In this document: piece after piece, positions 32,721 to 45,052 of the stretch
How positions within the stretch are numbered: the stretch's first letter is position 1
How the letters are laid out: every line of letters begins with the position of its first letter
DNA from: Cyanophora paradoxa CCMP329
Lineage: Eukaryota > Plantae > Glaucophyta
Assembly (NCBI GenBank): GCA_004431415.1
Contig: QPMI01000408.1
Span: 372,001 to 436,000, forward strand
Direction of reading: 5' to 3'
Length of the DNA: 64,000 bases
Notes under the pieces: generated by a model
What the model was told of the DNA's origin: nothing
Seen by the model: the letters and a program-made list of their open reading frames with translations, nothing else
Databases searched by the model: none
Program-made: the position numbers and the translations under genes

Positions 32721-33442
32721 ATGGCCCCGCACCTGCCTATGTCCTCGAACTTGCCCGCGCCACGCTGGATCACCACGCCGAACCTCTCGGACGTCCGGCA
32801 CAACCCGCAGTGCGTCTCCTCTTCGCTTGCGATTCCCTGCGCCGAGCAGGCCCCAGCGCCGTCCCCGGCGCCCCGCCCCGGGCGCGCGGCCCTCCGAGTC
32901 CCCTTCCGCACCGACCGTTCCCGCTGCTCCAAGCCTTCGCTAGCTCCAGAAGTCCCCGGGTCCCGCTGCGCGCCTATACTGCGATGCGGGGCCGCTCCTC
33001 CTTCCCCGCCACCCTAGGCGAGCCCCGCGCGCGTCCTGACCGAAGCCGCGCGCGCGGCCGCAGGTGGGCGCACCACTACGCCTTTGGGTGGGGCCCCACG
33101 ACGAAGGCGCCCCCGAACCACTTCCCCGTGAAGGCGAGCCGGAGCCCGCCCCCGCCCCGACCCGCCGCCGCCCCCGCCGCGGCCCGGGGTCTGAAGCCGC
33201 CGGGGGCGCCAGGTCGTGCGGGGCGACGCGCACGCGTACGTCGAGAACATTCGGTTCACGCACGCGAAGATCAAGCGGAGGAGCACGAGCTCCCGCCCCG
33301 TGCCCCCCGTCCACCCCCAGTGCGCAGCTTGCAGCCTCCCCGCGCAGCGCCCCGCCCCGCCGCGCCCCGCCGCGCCGACCCCGGCGCCCGCAGATACACC
33401 CGATGCGTCCCGGGGCTGCCCCTCGCCCTCCGAAGCCCCTAA
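32721..33442 (+). CDS. Small hypothetical protein (copy 1; copy 2 at 41112-41833)
   Basis: Exons ...PRWITTPNLSDVRHNPQ, WAHHYAFGWGPTTKAPPNHFPVK, VVRGDAHAYVENIRFTHAKIKRR, YTRCVPGLPLALRSP* separated by short C-rich introns. Confidence 0.5.
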
Positions 33443-33750
33443 AAAAAGTCCCTTTTACATACTGTCGCCCCGACTGGGCGCTCTTTTTCGTTTTTCCCTC
33501 GCTTTTTCCACGTGTGACATGCGTTCCGACTCTTTTTCACGTAGGCAGATTATCAGGTAGACTTAGGCAGATCGCAGATGCTGTGCATTCACGTAATAGA
33601 TACGTTTTCACCATTGCCGGCGATGCGGGCCCGGGGAGGGAGGGCGCGGAGGAGGGGCCTCGGCGGGACGCTGGGGCCGGGGGCGTGGAAGCTTGGGCGC
33701 GTGGAGGGGAGATTGATTGAGAGGGGTGCGCGCTCATCTAGATCTCGAGC

Positions 33751-34275
33751 TCATTGCTGCGTCTTCTGCTGCTCTTGTGCCTTCTGCTGCTGTGCGAGCG
33801 CGAGCGCCGCTCTCCTGCCCGCCTCCTCCGCAGCTGCAGTCCGGTGGTCCTGGTCAGCGCTGCTTCGAGGCGAGGGGCGGGCCGCGAGCGCTGCGGCCGC
33901 CCACACCTTTCCTGCGCTCGATGAGCTGCAGGGCCTCTTCCTCCGCCGCGCGCTCTGCCCGCCGCTCCGCTTCTTTCTGCGTCACGATCTTGTCTGAGCG
34001 GCGCGGCGACGTCAGCGGCCGCCGCGCGAGTGCAGTCGTTCGGAGGATCTCAGCGCACAGAAGCCCGTCACGTTCACTGCGCGGAAGGTTGGCGTCGCGC
34101 AAGGGCGAAATGGAGCAGCGCGCCGCGGCGCACTGAACCACTCGATGCCAGCGCCGATGACGAAGAAGACGGGGACGACTCGCAGCGTCTGCCGCATCAA
34201 GGAGGGCGGCGGCGGCGAGGCCGGGCCGGCCGCGGTGCCGGTGCCAGGAGAGCGGCCGCCAAGCGGCGAGCGCAT
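33751..34275 (-). CDS. UQCC5/SMIM4 (UPF0640)-like small membrane protein, copy 1
   Basis: Spliced product LRVVPVFFVIGAGIEWFMNVTGFYKIVTQKEAERR fits the FF..GA..E..M...(TG)FY family pattern; uses an 18-nt microexon at 34059-34076. Confidence 0.7.
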
Positions 34276-34462
34276 CGCTGATGGTCTGGGGCGTCGGCTG
34301 TCGATCAAGCGTCTATAGCTAAGGTTGCTGTGTCGATCTTCTTCTTCGCGCCGGCTGCGGGCACTCAAACTGCTGCTCGCTCCAAAAATCCGGTATCCGG
34401 CTGATCAAGGCGCGAAATCAACTGGGACTGCGGCACGCGACGGCCGACGGGCGCGTTCGGAC

Positions 34463-35133
34463 ATGGAGCGGGAGAATGGACCGGCCTGGCCCTGGGCCGC
34501 CGCCACGCTGGCCGGCATGAGCCTGGAGGAGAAAGTGCGGCAGCTCTTTATGATGGGCGCGGTGTCGAGCTACAGCGATCAGGAGGTGAACGACACGATA
34601 AGCCTCGTTCGTGACGGCCGGATCGGGTGCGCCGGGTCCTCTGTCCAGATTGCCGTGTGTCACGTGGCGCCGCTGACGAAGACCGCCCCGCGTGGCGCTC
34701 GGGGCGCGCGTACGATCATCTCACACGCGCGTACGTGCAGCGGTCTCATCTTCATGGTGGGCGAGCCCGTGCGGCAGGTGGAGATGACGAACGCGTTCCA
34801 GCGCGCGGCCGCCGTCCCGCTGCTCGTCGCCCAGGACAGCGAGTGGGGCCTCTCGATGCGCCTCCGCGGCACGCCGGTCTTCCCCCGCAACGCGGCCCTC
34901 GGCGCCATCCCGGCGCACCGCGAGCGGCTGCTGCTGGAATTCGGGCGGGCGGTCGGGGAGCAGTGCCGCCGCATCGGCGTGCACGTCAACTTCGCGCCCG
35001 TCGTCGACGTGAACAACAACCCGCGGAACCCGGTCATCGGCGACCGTTCCTTCGGCGAGCGGCCCGACGAAGTCGCGCGCTGCGCCGCCGCCGTCGCGCG
35101 CGGCATGCGCGAGGGCGGCGCCGTCAACTGCGC

Positions 35134-35164
<31 letters not shown>

Positions 35165-36624
35165 GTCGACTCCCACCTCGACCTCCCCGTTCGTCCCGGC
35201 CCCGTACCCCTCGCCCCCTCCCCGCCGCTCCCCGATCGCCGTACCCCGTCGGACAGGTCATCCGCCACAGCCTGGAGCGCCTCAGGGCCGTCGAGATGGC
35301 CCCGTTCCGCGCGCTGGTACCCCCCCAGCGAGCCCGGGTACGCGAAGTGAATTCGATCCGCGGCGCAGGTCCGTGACGTGGACTCCGTCATGGTGGCCCA
35401 CCTCCACGTACCCTCCGTGGACCCTACGGAGGGCCTACCCCTCTCCCTCTCCCGCCCCTGCGTCACCGGCCTCCTCCGGTGCGGCGAAGGTGGCGGCGTG
35501 ATGGAAGGGGGTACCCTCTTCTCTGAATATCGACGCCCGTACCCCCGCAGGGAGGAGCTCGGGTTCGACGGCCTCGTCTTCACTGATTCGCTCACGATGA
35601 TGGGCGTCGCCAAGCGGTGCGCGATTGCCATACCCCCGCTCGTCGGAGAGTATCCCCCGTCCGACGCGGGGGTACAGCTACGGAATGGCCGAGGCGGGGC
35701 TCATGGCTCTCCTCGCTGGCTCGGACGTCCTCCTCTACACCGTACCCCACCCGGACCCGAAGGAGCAGGCTCGCGCTCATTCTTCGACCCCTGTGCCCCA
35801 ATCGAGGATCGCTTATCCCCCTTTCGCCGCAGGCGCGCATCGTCGACGAGGCGACGGCGCTGATCCTCGCGGCCGTCAAGGTGCGCCGTACCCCCCGCCG
35901 CCCGCGGACCCACCCCGTATCCCCCTCTGAGCCGCCCTCCGGCAGGACGGGAGGCTCGCGGAGTCCGAAGTGAACCGGCGGGCGGCGCGCGTGCTGGAGA
36001 CGAAGGAGCGATTGGGGCTCCCCTCCTCCCGCCTCGTCCCGGGGCTCGAATCCGCACAGGAGCTCTTCTCCGACACCCAGCGCCGCCTCAAGCGCGGTCC
36101 GCGCCCCCGTACCCCCCTTCCCGCGCTTACGTACCCCCCTGAAACCCGCTCCAGAGCTGTACCGGGCGGCCGTGACGCTGGTCTCGGACCCCGCGCGCGC
36201 CGTACCCCTCAAGTCCGCCCTCCACCTGCTGGCCCTGGGGCACCCGCAGGCCGGCGAGCCGCGCCTCGCCTCCGCGCTGGCCCGCCTCCTCCCTTACCCC
36301 GTGTCCGTCTCCTCCTCCCCCGCGGACGCGGGGGTACGCCCCATCGTCGCCGCCCTCTTCCTCGAGAAGGAGAAGCTCTCGGCGCTGCCGGGGAGCCCCC
36401 TCCTGCAGGGGGTACAGGCGCAGCTGGCGGCCCTCCCCGCGCCGCCGGCGGCCCTCGTGCTCTTCGGGAGCCCGTACCTCCTAGCGCTGGCCCCGGCGGC
36501 CCTGCGCTCGGCCGCCGCAGTCCTCGTGGCCTACGACGAGGACGGGGAGGCCCAGGAGGCGGCCGCCCAGGTCCTGGCGGGGGTGCACGCCCCCTCCGGC
36601 TCCCTCCCCGTCACCGTCGACTAG
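34463..36624 (+). CDS. Glycoside hydrolase family 3, NagZ-type beta-N-acetylhexosaminidase, copy 1 (8 exons)
   Basis: MSLEEKVRQLF, AQDSEWG, NFAPVVDVNNNPRNPVIGDRSFGE, KHFPGHGDTDVDSH (NagZ signature), VMVAH, FDGLVFTDSL, PSGSLPVTV*. Confidence 0.9.
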
Positions 36625-36661
36625 GGGACATAACTTAGTAAATACAGAAACAAAAGCGAGG

Positions 36662-37430
36662 CTAGCTGGAGGACTTGGGGCCGTCGTCGCCGCCGAGCTT
36701 GGCGCGGAGGCTGTCGATGCACCAGGCGCCCTTGCCGGCCCCCAGGTTCACGGCGAAGTGGGGGAGGAGGCCCCTCGGGTCCACGCACGCCACGTAGTGC
36801 ACCAGCGTGTGCTGCGCGGAGCATCAGAACTGATAGCGAGTCGACGATGCGGCCGGAGCGGATCGGACCTGCGCCTCGCTGCCGCCGGCGCCGTCGGGGG
36901 GTACGGGGTCCAGCACCAGCCCCGCGATGATGACCTGCGGCCCGACCGGGGGGGGGGGGGGGGGGGATGAGAGGGCCCCCGGGAGGGGGGGGGGGGGGGG
37001 CAAGGGAGGGGGGGGGGGGGGGGAAGAAGGGCGCCGGGGCGGGCCTGGCTGCGGATGTGGCCCGGCTCGACGGGAACGTCGGGCAGGTCGGCCTCCGCGC
37101 TCCCGACGACCCAGGCGCCGCCCGGCAGGCGCCGCCGCCCGAAGGTGCAGAGGACCTCTCGCTGGCTGATCACCGGCCGCAGGCCGTAGAAGGACCACTG
37201 CGGGGCCGAAGCGCGATCAAATTCGAGTCCGAGCGGGCGCGGGGCGCGACAGCGTACCCAGACGAGAGCGTGGGCGTCGTCGATGCGCTTCAGGAGGCGC
37301 CCGCCGCTGCAGAGCGGGTCCCACTCCGGCCGCCGCTCCAGCAGCGAGCACACCGCCAGCACATCCTCCGGCGGGTGCCGTATCCGCCCGTGCGCTGCGC
37401 TCGCAAGCGGCGCGCTCGTCAGCGGCGCGC
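36662..37430 (-). pseudogene. 5'-truncated copy of the START-domain gene
   Basis: Matches 45053-45818 but is cut at the duplication junction inside an intron; no start or first exons. Confidence 0.85.
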
Positions 37431-38539
37431 AAATGAAGCAAAGTCGAGGCGTGGAGGCCCGAATTCGGACGTTCCGTCGACCTCGACAACCGGGGTACAG
37501 GTTATCGACGCATTTCGTCGCACGCTTCAAGGCTTGCTTGCATGCGCGGAAGTCGGGATTTCAACAAAATCAAAGCACCCTAACTCGCAGGCGTAGCTGA
37601 TCACGAGTCTGACCGTCGGACATGAAATGCGCACTGACACATGCGCCGTGCCACGGTGTACCGGCCGCGCGCGCTCGCGTCCGACCGTCGGACTCGGCGA
37701 TGGTCGATTCACGGCGCACGTGCACGTGGCACTAAAGCATGTACTGCGGCCGGCAGCCCGCGCGCGGCCGGAGCGTTACAGATCTAGACTCTCAGAGTCT
37801 AATATAAGAACTTCGGAAGGTATAGGCTCGCCCACGGCGCCCGGCGGCCTGAAGTCTAAAACCCAAGCCCCTGAGCCTCTTCTGGGGTCGGCCTGTGCCG
37901 CGCGCGCGCCTGCGCAGCTGCCAGGCTGCAGTGTATTGCCGCAAGTTGCGTTTGCGCATGCCAGTTTAACGGCTTAATTTAAGCTGGCAATTGGCACCGC
38001 CGGGCCGGTTAACGTTCACGCGTAGCTGCGCGGCACTGGCACATCGATATCATGGCATGTACAGCGGCTCTGCCGCATGCGCAGATCTAGATCTAGACTG
38101 CAGCTGAGAGCGCGCGGCCCGCGGCCCGGCTGGGGCATCATCTAGATCTAGATCTCGAGCTCAGTCTCATATTTAATTCAATGATTCACCAACGTTAACA
38201 CCTGCCAGGCTGGCGCGTGGAGCCTCACAGCATTATATAAATGATATCGATATCGATATTGATCATGACCATCGATGATATCGATCACCCCGAACGTGCA
38301 CCCGTGGCCGGGCTGCAAATATAAATATATAAGAACTCCAGAAAATATTATATTTAGAAATGGGGCACTCCATATGTAAGAACAATGCAGCGCGGCGCAT
38401 ACTCAAAAGTTTCATTTCTTTTATTTACGGGCGCTAACACAGCACTAGCTATTGAGTGCTTGCTCGAGCTCGGCGCCTGGCATGCGCCGAAAATTGCGAC
38501 GAACTTGGAGAGGACAAGCAGATCTAGACAATTTCTTGC

Positions 38540-39504
38540 CATCTGTTCGGTCCGGCTCGATTAAACTAGGGGGAGCGATTGGCGAGAGACCGAAGCACTA
38601 AACACGAGCTAGTACGTCTCTAAATGCATATTTGATGCTCAGTCTCTCGCGGACGCGGTACAAGATTTTCCTAGATGTATGGTCATACAAACGGGACGAG
38701 GAAAAGGCCAGTTTCGCGGCGAGCTAGCCGAGCTAGCAGCGCGCCCGGCCGGCGTCTTATTGCTCCAGCGTTCGAGTCCCGGGAAGGGCAGTTGGGGGGA
38801 GCGGGGGGGCCTGGGCGGGCCTTGAGCTGCCTTGCGCCGTCGAGGGCTGAAGAGGGGGCCGGGCGCAGCGACCTCCGAGGCCAACTTTCGCGCTGCGAGG
38901 TACTGGCGCGAGACCAAAAATGTTTTTCGTCTCTGCTCATCTAAAATGCACTTCCTACGTGCCCGGTCTCGCGCCAGTCACTCGCTGTGCTCCGCTTTAA
39001 TTTCGGCTGGATTGGTATGGCATCTGTTCGGTCCGGCTCGATTAAACTAGGGGGAGCGATTGGCGAGAGACCGAAGCACTAAACACGAGCTAGTACGTCT
39101 CTAAATGCATATTTGATGCTCAGTCTCTCGCGGACGCGGTACAAGATTTTCCTAGATGTATGGTCATACAAACGGGACGAGGAAAAGGCCAGTTTCGCGG
39201 CGAGCTAGCCGAGCTAGCAGCGCGCCCGGCCGGCGTCTTATTGCTCCAGCGTTCGAGTCCCGGGAAGGGCAGTTGGGGGGAGCGGGGGGGCCTGGGCGGG
39301 CCTTGAGCTGCCTTGCGCCGTCGAGGGCTGAAGAGGGGGCCGGGGCGCAGCGACCTCCGAGGCCAACTTTCGCGCTGCGAGGTACTGGCGCGAGACCAAA
39401 AATGTTTTTCGTCTCTGCTCATCTAAAATGCACTTCCTACGTGCCCGGTCTCGCGCCAGTCACTCGCTGTGCTCCGCTTTAATTTCGGCTGGATTGGTAT
39501 GGCA
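38540..39504. mobile_element. Head-to-tail dimer of a ~480-bp non-coding element (units 38542-39020 and 39023-39502)
   Basis: Absent from the matching site in duplication copy 1 (~31101-31117); all three junctions share only CA; hairpins near both ends. Confidence 0.9.
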
Positions 39505-42140
39505 ACTTGGCAAGTTGAAGACTCGAACATATAGATCTAGACAGATGCATAGAATACCATATCTAAATCCAGACGGACTGGGGGAAAGCGAACTAAGAAT
39601 ATTACAAAGCGATGAGGCCTTGGGGAATGATATCCTTATATAATTATAAGGAGTCTACAGCGAATGCGAGGCAGTAATGTAAACGTTTAAAGTTGAATAG
39701 ACTTTCAAAGGGGCCTATGGGCTACGAAGCGTGTGAGCCTATATGCGAAACCAACAAGCGAGCCCTAATCCTGAAAGAGTGGTTCGATGGCCGCTCACCG
39801 GTAGCCGCTCTTGTTGTGGTCGACAAACGTCGTCTGCGGGGGACAGGCGGGGCGTCAGGCGGGGGGTACACGCGGCGAGGCGGCGGGGGGTACAGGAGGG
39901 CGCACCCGGTACATGGTTTGGAAGGGGTTGTACTTGTAGACGGGCGGCGCCGGCGCGGCGGAGGCGTGCCGGTCGGGGGCCGGGGCCGGCGCGGGGGATC
40001 CGGAGGGGGAGGCTGCCGGCGGGGGGGAGGGGCTGGCGTGGGCGGCCGGCGCCTTGGCCGCCTCCGACTTGGCGGTCGAGCCGAGGTTCAGATACATCCT
40101 CCGCTGCGCAGGGCGGCCGGCCGCTTCTCGTCAGCGGCGGGGAGGCGGGGGCGCGGCGCGCTCGCAATTTGATCAGGCCCCAGGCCCGGCCGCGCGCGCG
40201 CCTCACCTTCTCGTCGGGATCAGCGAACTCGTAGGAGTAGGTGCTCCTGCGCGAGAGATATAAGCAAGCAACGCCGAACGGAGGAAAGCTTAGGCCCGCC
40301 GCGCCCCCGCCGTCTCCTCGAAGCTCGAGTCGAGAAGCTTCCGGATCCGCGCGCGGGTCCGGACACACGCGCGGCTCGGGCCCCGCGGGGAACGCCGAAA
40401 GGCGAAAACGCACCGGAAGTGGTTGTATGCCGGCATTGTATCGTTGAAACGCTCGTGGACCGCGAGCTGGGACTTCACCTGCCGAGACGTCGACGATAAG
40501 GCGGCGGCCGGCCTTGCGGGCTTCGCGGTGGGATGCGAGTGACACAAAGATCGTCTAGCAGTCGTTTCGCGACTTCCGCTCACCACAGGAGGCTGGGCTT
40601 GGGCTGTTCTCGGTCTGCGGGGCTGCCGGCCGTGCGATGCAAAGGACGCGGAAGGCGACTGCAGGTTTAACAACTGATCAGCACGATGAAGCAGGCGCAC
40701 ACCGGAGGGCACAGCAGCGGACCTGGAAGTTTCGTCGACTTTTTTCCACGCCCGTCAGCTGTACCCAGACTGCTCCATTCTTGCGGACCCCCTCGCGAGC
40801 AGCTGGCGATGGAGCCGAGGCCGCTCCCTCTAGGGAGGCATCTCTTTCGGCACGCCAGCCGTGGGTTTCCAGGTCGCTGGCCGAGTACGTGCTGTCCGCG
40901 CCTGCGCTTCACGAGCAAGCGCCGCAAGACACACGGTGAGACGCAATCTGTAGGCCAGGCGTCCCAGGCGACGACCCCGCTCGAGCCGAGCGCGACGGCC
41001 AGGCTGCGATTGCGGTCTGATAACCGCCGCGTCGCGCAGCCGCCTGCCGCCGCATCTACCGCTCCCGCCTCTGAAGCTACCGATCCCGAAAAGCCGTTCG
41101 AGGACCCGCGCATGGCCCCGCACCTGCCTATGTCCTCGAACTTGCCCGCGCCACGCTGGATCACCACGCCGAACCTCTCGGACGTCCGGCACAACCCGCA
41201 GTGCGTCTCCTCTTCGCTTGCGATTCCCTGCGCCGAGCAGGCCCCAGCGCCGTCCCCGGCGCCCCGCCCCGGGCGCGCGGCCCTCCGAGTCCCCTTCCGC
41301 ACCGACCGTTCCCGCTGCTCCAAGCCTTCGCTAGCTCCAGAAGTCCCCGGGTCCCGCTGCGCGCCTATACTGCGATGCGGGGCCGCTCCTCCTTCCCCGC
41401 CACCCTAGGCGAGCCCCGCGCGCGTCCTGACCGAAGCCGCGCGCGCGGCCGCAGGTGGGCGCACCACTACGCCTTTGGGTGGGGCCCCACGACGAAGGCG
41501 CCCCCGAACCACTTCCCCGTGAAGGCGAGCCGGAGCCCGCCCCCGCCCCGACCCGCCGCCGCCCCCGCCGCGGCCCGGGGTCTGAAGCCGCCGGGGGCGC
41601 CAGGTCGTGCGGGGCGACGCGCACGCGTACGTCGAGAACATTCGGTTCACGCACGCGAAGATCAAGCGGAGGAGCACGAGCTCCCGCCCCGTGCCCCCCG
41701 TCCACCCCCAGTGCGCAGCTTGCAGCCTCCCCGCGCAGCGCCCCGCCCCGCCGCGCCCCGCCGCGCCGACCCCGGCGCCCGCAGATACACCCGATGCGTC
41801 CCGGGGCTGCCCCTCGCCCTCCGAAGCCCCTAAAAAAAGTCCCTTTTACATACTGTCGCCCCGACTGGGCGCTCTTTTTCGTTTTTCCCTCGCTTTTTCC
41901 ACGTGTGACATGCGTTCCGACTCTTTTTCACGTAGGCAGATTATCAGGTAGACTTAGGCAGATCGCAGATGCTGTGCATTCACGTAATAGATACGTTTTC
42001 ACCATTGCCGGCGATGCGGGCCCGGGGAGGGAGGGCGCGGAGGAGGGGCCTCGGCGGGACGCTGGGGCCGGGGCGTGGAAGCTTGGGCGCGTGGAGGGGA
42101 GATTGATTGAGAGGGGTGCGCGCTCATCTAGATCTCGAGC

Positions 42141-42665
42141 TCATTGCTGCGTCTTCTGCTGCTCTTGTGCCTTCTGCTGCTGTGCGAGCGCGAGCGCCGC
42201 TCTCCTGCCCGCCTCCTCCGCAGCTGCAGTCCGGTGGTCCTGGTCAGCGCTGCTTCGAGGCGAGGGGCGGGCCGCGAGCGCTGCGGCCGCCCACACCTTT
42301 CCTGCGCTCGATGAGCTGCAGGGCCTCTTCCTCCGCCGCGCGCTCTGCCCGCCGCTCCGCTTCTTTCTGCGTCACGATCTTGTCTGAGCGGCGCGGCGAC
42401 GTCAGCGGCCGCCGCGCGAGTGCAGTCGTTCGGAGGATCTCAGCGCACAGAAGCCCGTCACGTTCACTGCGCGGAAGGTTGGCGTCGCGCAAGGGCGAAA
42501 TGGAGCAGCGCGCCGCGGCGCACTGAACCACTCGATGCCAGCGCCGATGACGAAGAAGACGGGGACGACTCGCAGCGTCTGCCGCATCAAGGAGGGCGGC
42601 GGCGGCGAGGCCGGGCCGGCCGCGGTGCCGGTGCCAGGAGAGCGGCCGCCAAGCGGCGAGCGCAT
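42141..42665 (-). CDS. UQCC5/SMIM4 (UPF0640)-like protein, copy 2
   Basis: Duplicate of 33751-34275. Confidence 0.7.
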
Positions 42666-42852
42666 CGCTGATGGTCTGGGGCGTCGGCTGTCGATCAAGC
42701 GTCTATAGCTAAGGTTGCTGTGTCGATCTTCTTCTTCGCGCCGGCTGCGGGCACTCAAACTGCTGCTCGCTCCAAAAATCCGGTATCCGGCTGATCAAGG
42801 CGCGAAATCAACTGGGACTGCGGCACGCGACGGCCGACGGGCGCGTTCGGAC

Positions 42853-43523
42853 ATGGAGCGGGAGAATGGACCGGCCTGGCCCTGGGCCGCCGCCACGCTG
42901 GCCGGCATGAGCCTGGAGGAGAAAGTGCGGCAGCTCTTTATGATGGGCGCGGTGTCGAGCTACAGCGATCAGGAGGTGAACGACACGATAAGCCTCGTTC
43001 GTGACGGCCGGATCGGGTGCGCCGGGTCCTCTGTCCAGATTGCCGTGTGTCACGTGGCGCCGCTGACGAAGACCGCCCCGCGTGGCGCTCGGGGCGCGCG
43101 TACGATCATCTCACACGCGCGTACGTGCAGCGGTCTCATCTTCATGGTGGGCGAGCCCATGCGGCAGGTGGAGATGACGAACGCGTTCCAGCGCGCGGCC
43201 GCCGTCCCGCTGCTCGTCGCCCAGGACAGCGAGTGGGGCCTCTCGATGCGCCTCCGCGGCACGCCGGTCTTCCCCCGCAACGCGGCCCTCGGCGCCATCC
43301 CGGCGCACCGCGAGCGGCTGCTGCTGGAATTCGGGCGGGCGGTCGGGGAGCAGTGCCGCCGCATCGGCGTGCACGTCAACTTCGCGCCCGTCGTCGACGT
43401 GAACAACAACCCGCGGAACCCGGTCATCGGCGACCGTTCCTTCGGCGAGCGGCCCGACGAAGTCGCGCGCTGCGCCGCCGCCGTCGCGCGCGGCATGCGC
43501 GAGGGCGGCGCCGTCAACTGCGC

Positions 43524-43554
<31 letters not shown>

Positions 43555-45015
43555 GTCGACTCCCACCTCGACCTCCCCGTTCGTCCCGGCCCCGTACCCC
43601 TCGCCCCCTCCCCGCCGCTCCCCGATCGCCGTACCCCGTCGGACAGGTCATCCGCCACAGCCTGGAGCGCCTCAGGGCCGTCGAGATGGCCCCGTTCCGC
43701 GCGCTGGTACCCCCCCCAGCGAGCCCGGGTACGCGAAGTGAATTCGATCCGCGGCGCAGGTCCGTGACGTGGACTCCGTCATGGTGGCCCACCTCCACGT
43801 ACCCTCCGTGGACCCTACGGAGGGCCTACCCCTCTCCCTCTCCCGCCCCTGCGTCACCGGCCTCCTCCGGTGCGGCGAAGGTGGCGGCGTGATGGAAGGG
43901 GGTACCCCTCTTCTCTGAATATCGACGCCCGTACCCCCGCAGGGAGGAGCTCGGGTTCGACGGCCTCGTCTTCACTGATTCGCTCACGATGATGGGCGTC
44001 GCCAAGCGGTGCGCGATTGCCATACCCCCGCTCGTCGGAGAGTATCCCCCGTCCGACGCGGGGGTACAGCTACGGAATGGCCGAGGCGGGGCTCATGGCT
44101 CTCCTCGCTGGCTCGGACGTCCTCCTCTACACCGTACCCCACCCGGACCCGAAGGAGCAGGCTCGCGCTCATTCTTCGACCCCTGTGCCCCAATCGAGGA
44201 TCGCTTATCCCCCTTTCGCCGCAGGCGCGCATCGTCGACGAGGCGACGGCGCTGATCCTCGCGGCCGTCAAGGTGCGCCGTACCCCCGCCGCCCGCGGAC
44301 CCACCCCGTATCCCCCTCTGAGCCGCCCTCCGGCAGGACGGGAGGCTCGCGGAGTCCGAAGTGAACCGGCGGGCGGCGCGCGTGCTGGAGACGAAGGAGC
44401 GATTGGGGCTCCCCTCCTCCCGCCTCGTCCCGGGGCTCGAATCCGCACAGGAGCTCTTCTCCGACACCCAGCGCCGCCTCAAGCGCGGTCCGCGCCCCCG
44501 TACCCCCCTTCCCGCGCTTACGTACCCCCCTGAAACCCGCTCCAGAGCTGTACCGGGCGGCCGTGACGCTGGTCTCGGACCCCGCGCGCGCCGTACCCCT
44601 CAAGTCCGCCCTCCACCTGCTGGCCCTGGGGCACCCGCAGGCCGGCGAGCCGCGCCTCGCCTCCGCGCTGGCCCGCCTCCTCCCTTACCCCGTGTCCGTC
44701 TCCTCCTCCCCCGCGGACGCGGGGGTACGCCCCATCGTCGCCGCCCTCTTCCTCGAGAAGGAGAAGCTCTCGGCGCTGCCGGGGAGCCCCCTCCTGCAGG
44801 GGGTACAGGCGCAGCTGGCGGCCCTCCCCGCGCCGCCGGCGGCCCTCGTGCTCTTCGGGAGCCCGTACCTCCTAGCGCTGGCCCCGGCGGCCCTGCGCTC
44901 GGCCGCCGCAGTCCTCGTGGCCTACGACGAGGACGGGGAGGCCCAGGAGGCGGCCGCCCAGGTCCTGGCGGGGGTGCACGCCCCCTCCGGCTCCCTCCCC
45001 GTCACCGTCGACTAG
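42853..45015 (+). CDS. GH3 NagZ-type beta-N-acetylhexosaminidase, copy 2
   Basis: Duplicate of 34463-36624, with one Val>Met difference (G34769 vs A43159). Confidence 0.9.
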
Positions 45016-45052
45016 GGGACATAACTTAGTAAATACAGAAACAAAAGCGAGG

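Noticed and set aside
38542-39502. Helitron or tRNA-derived SINE identity for the 480-bp unit
   Set aside because: Starts A|TC but lacks a CTRR end and A|T target; no poly(A), long TSD or clear A/B boxes.
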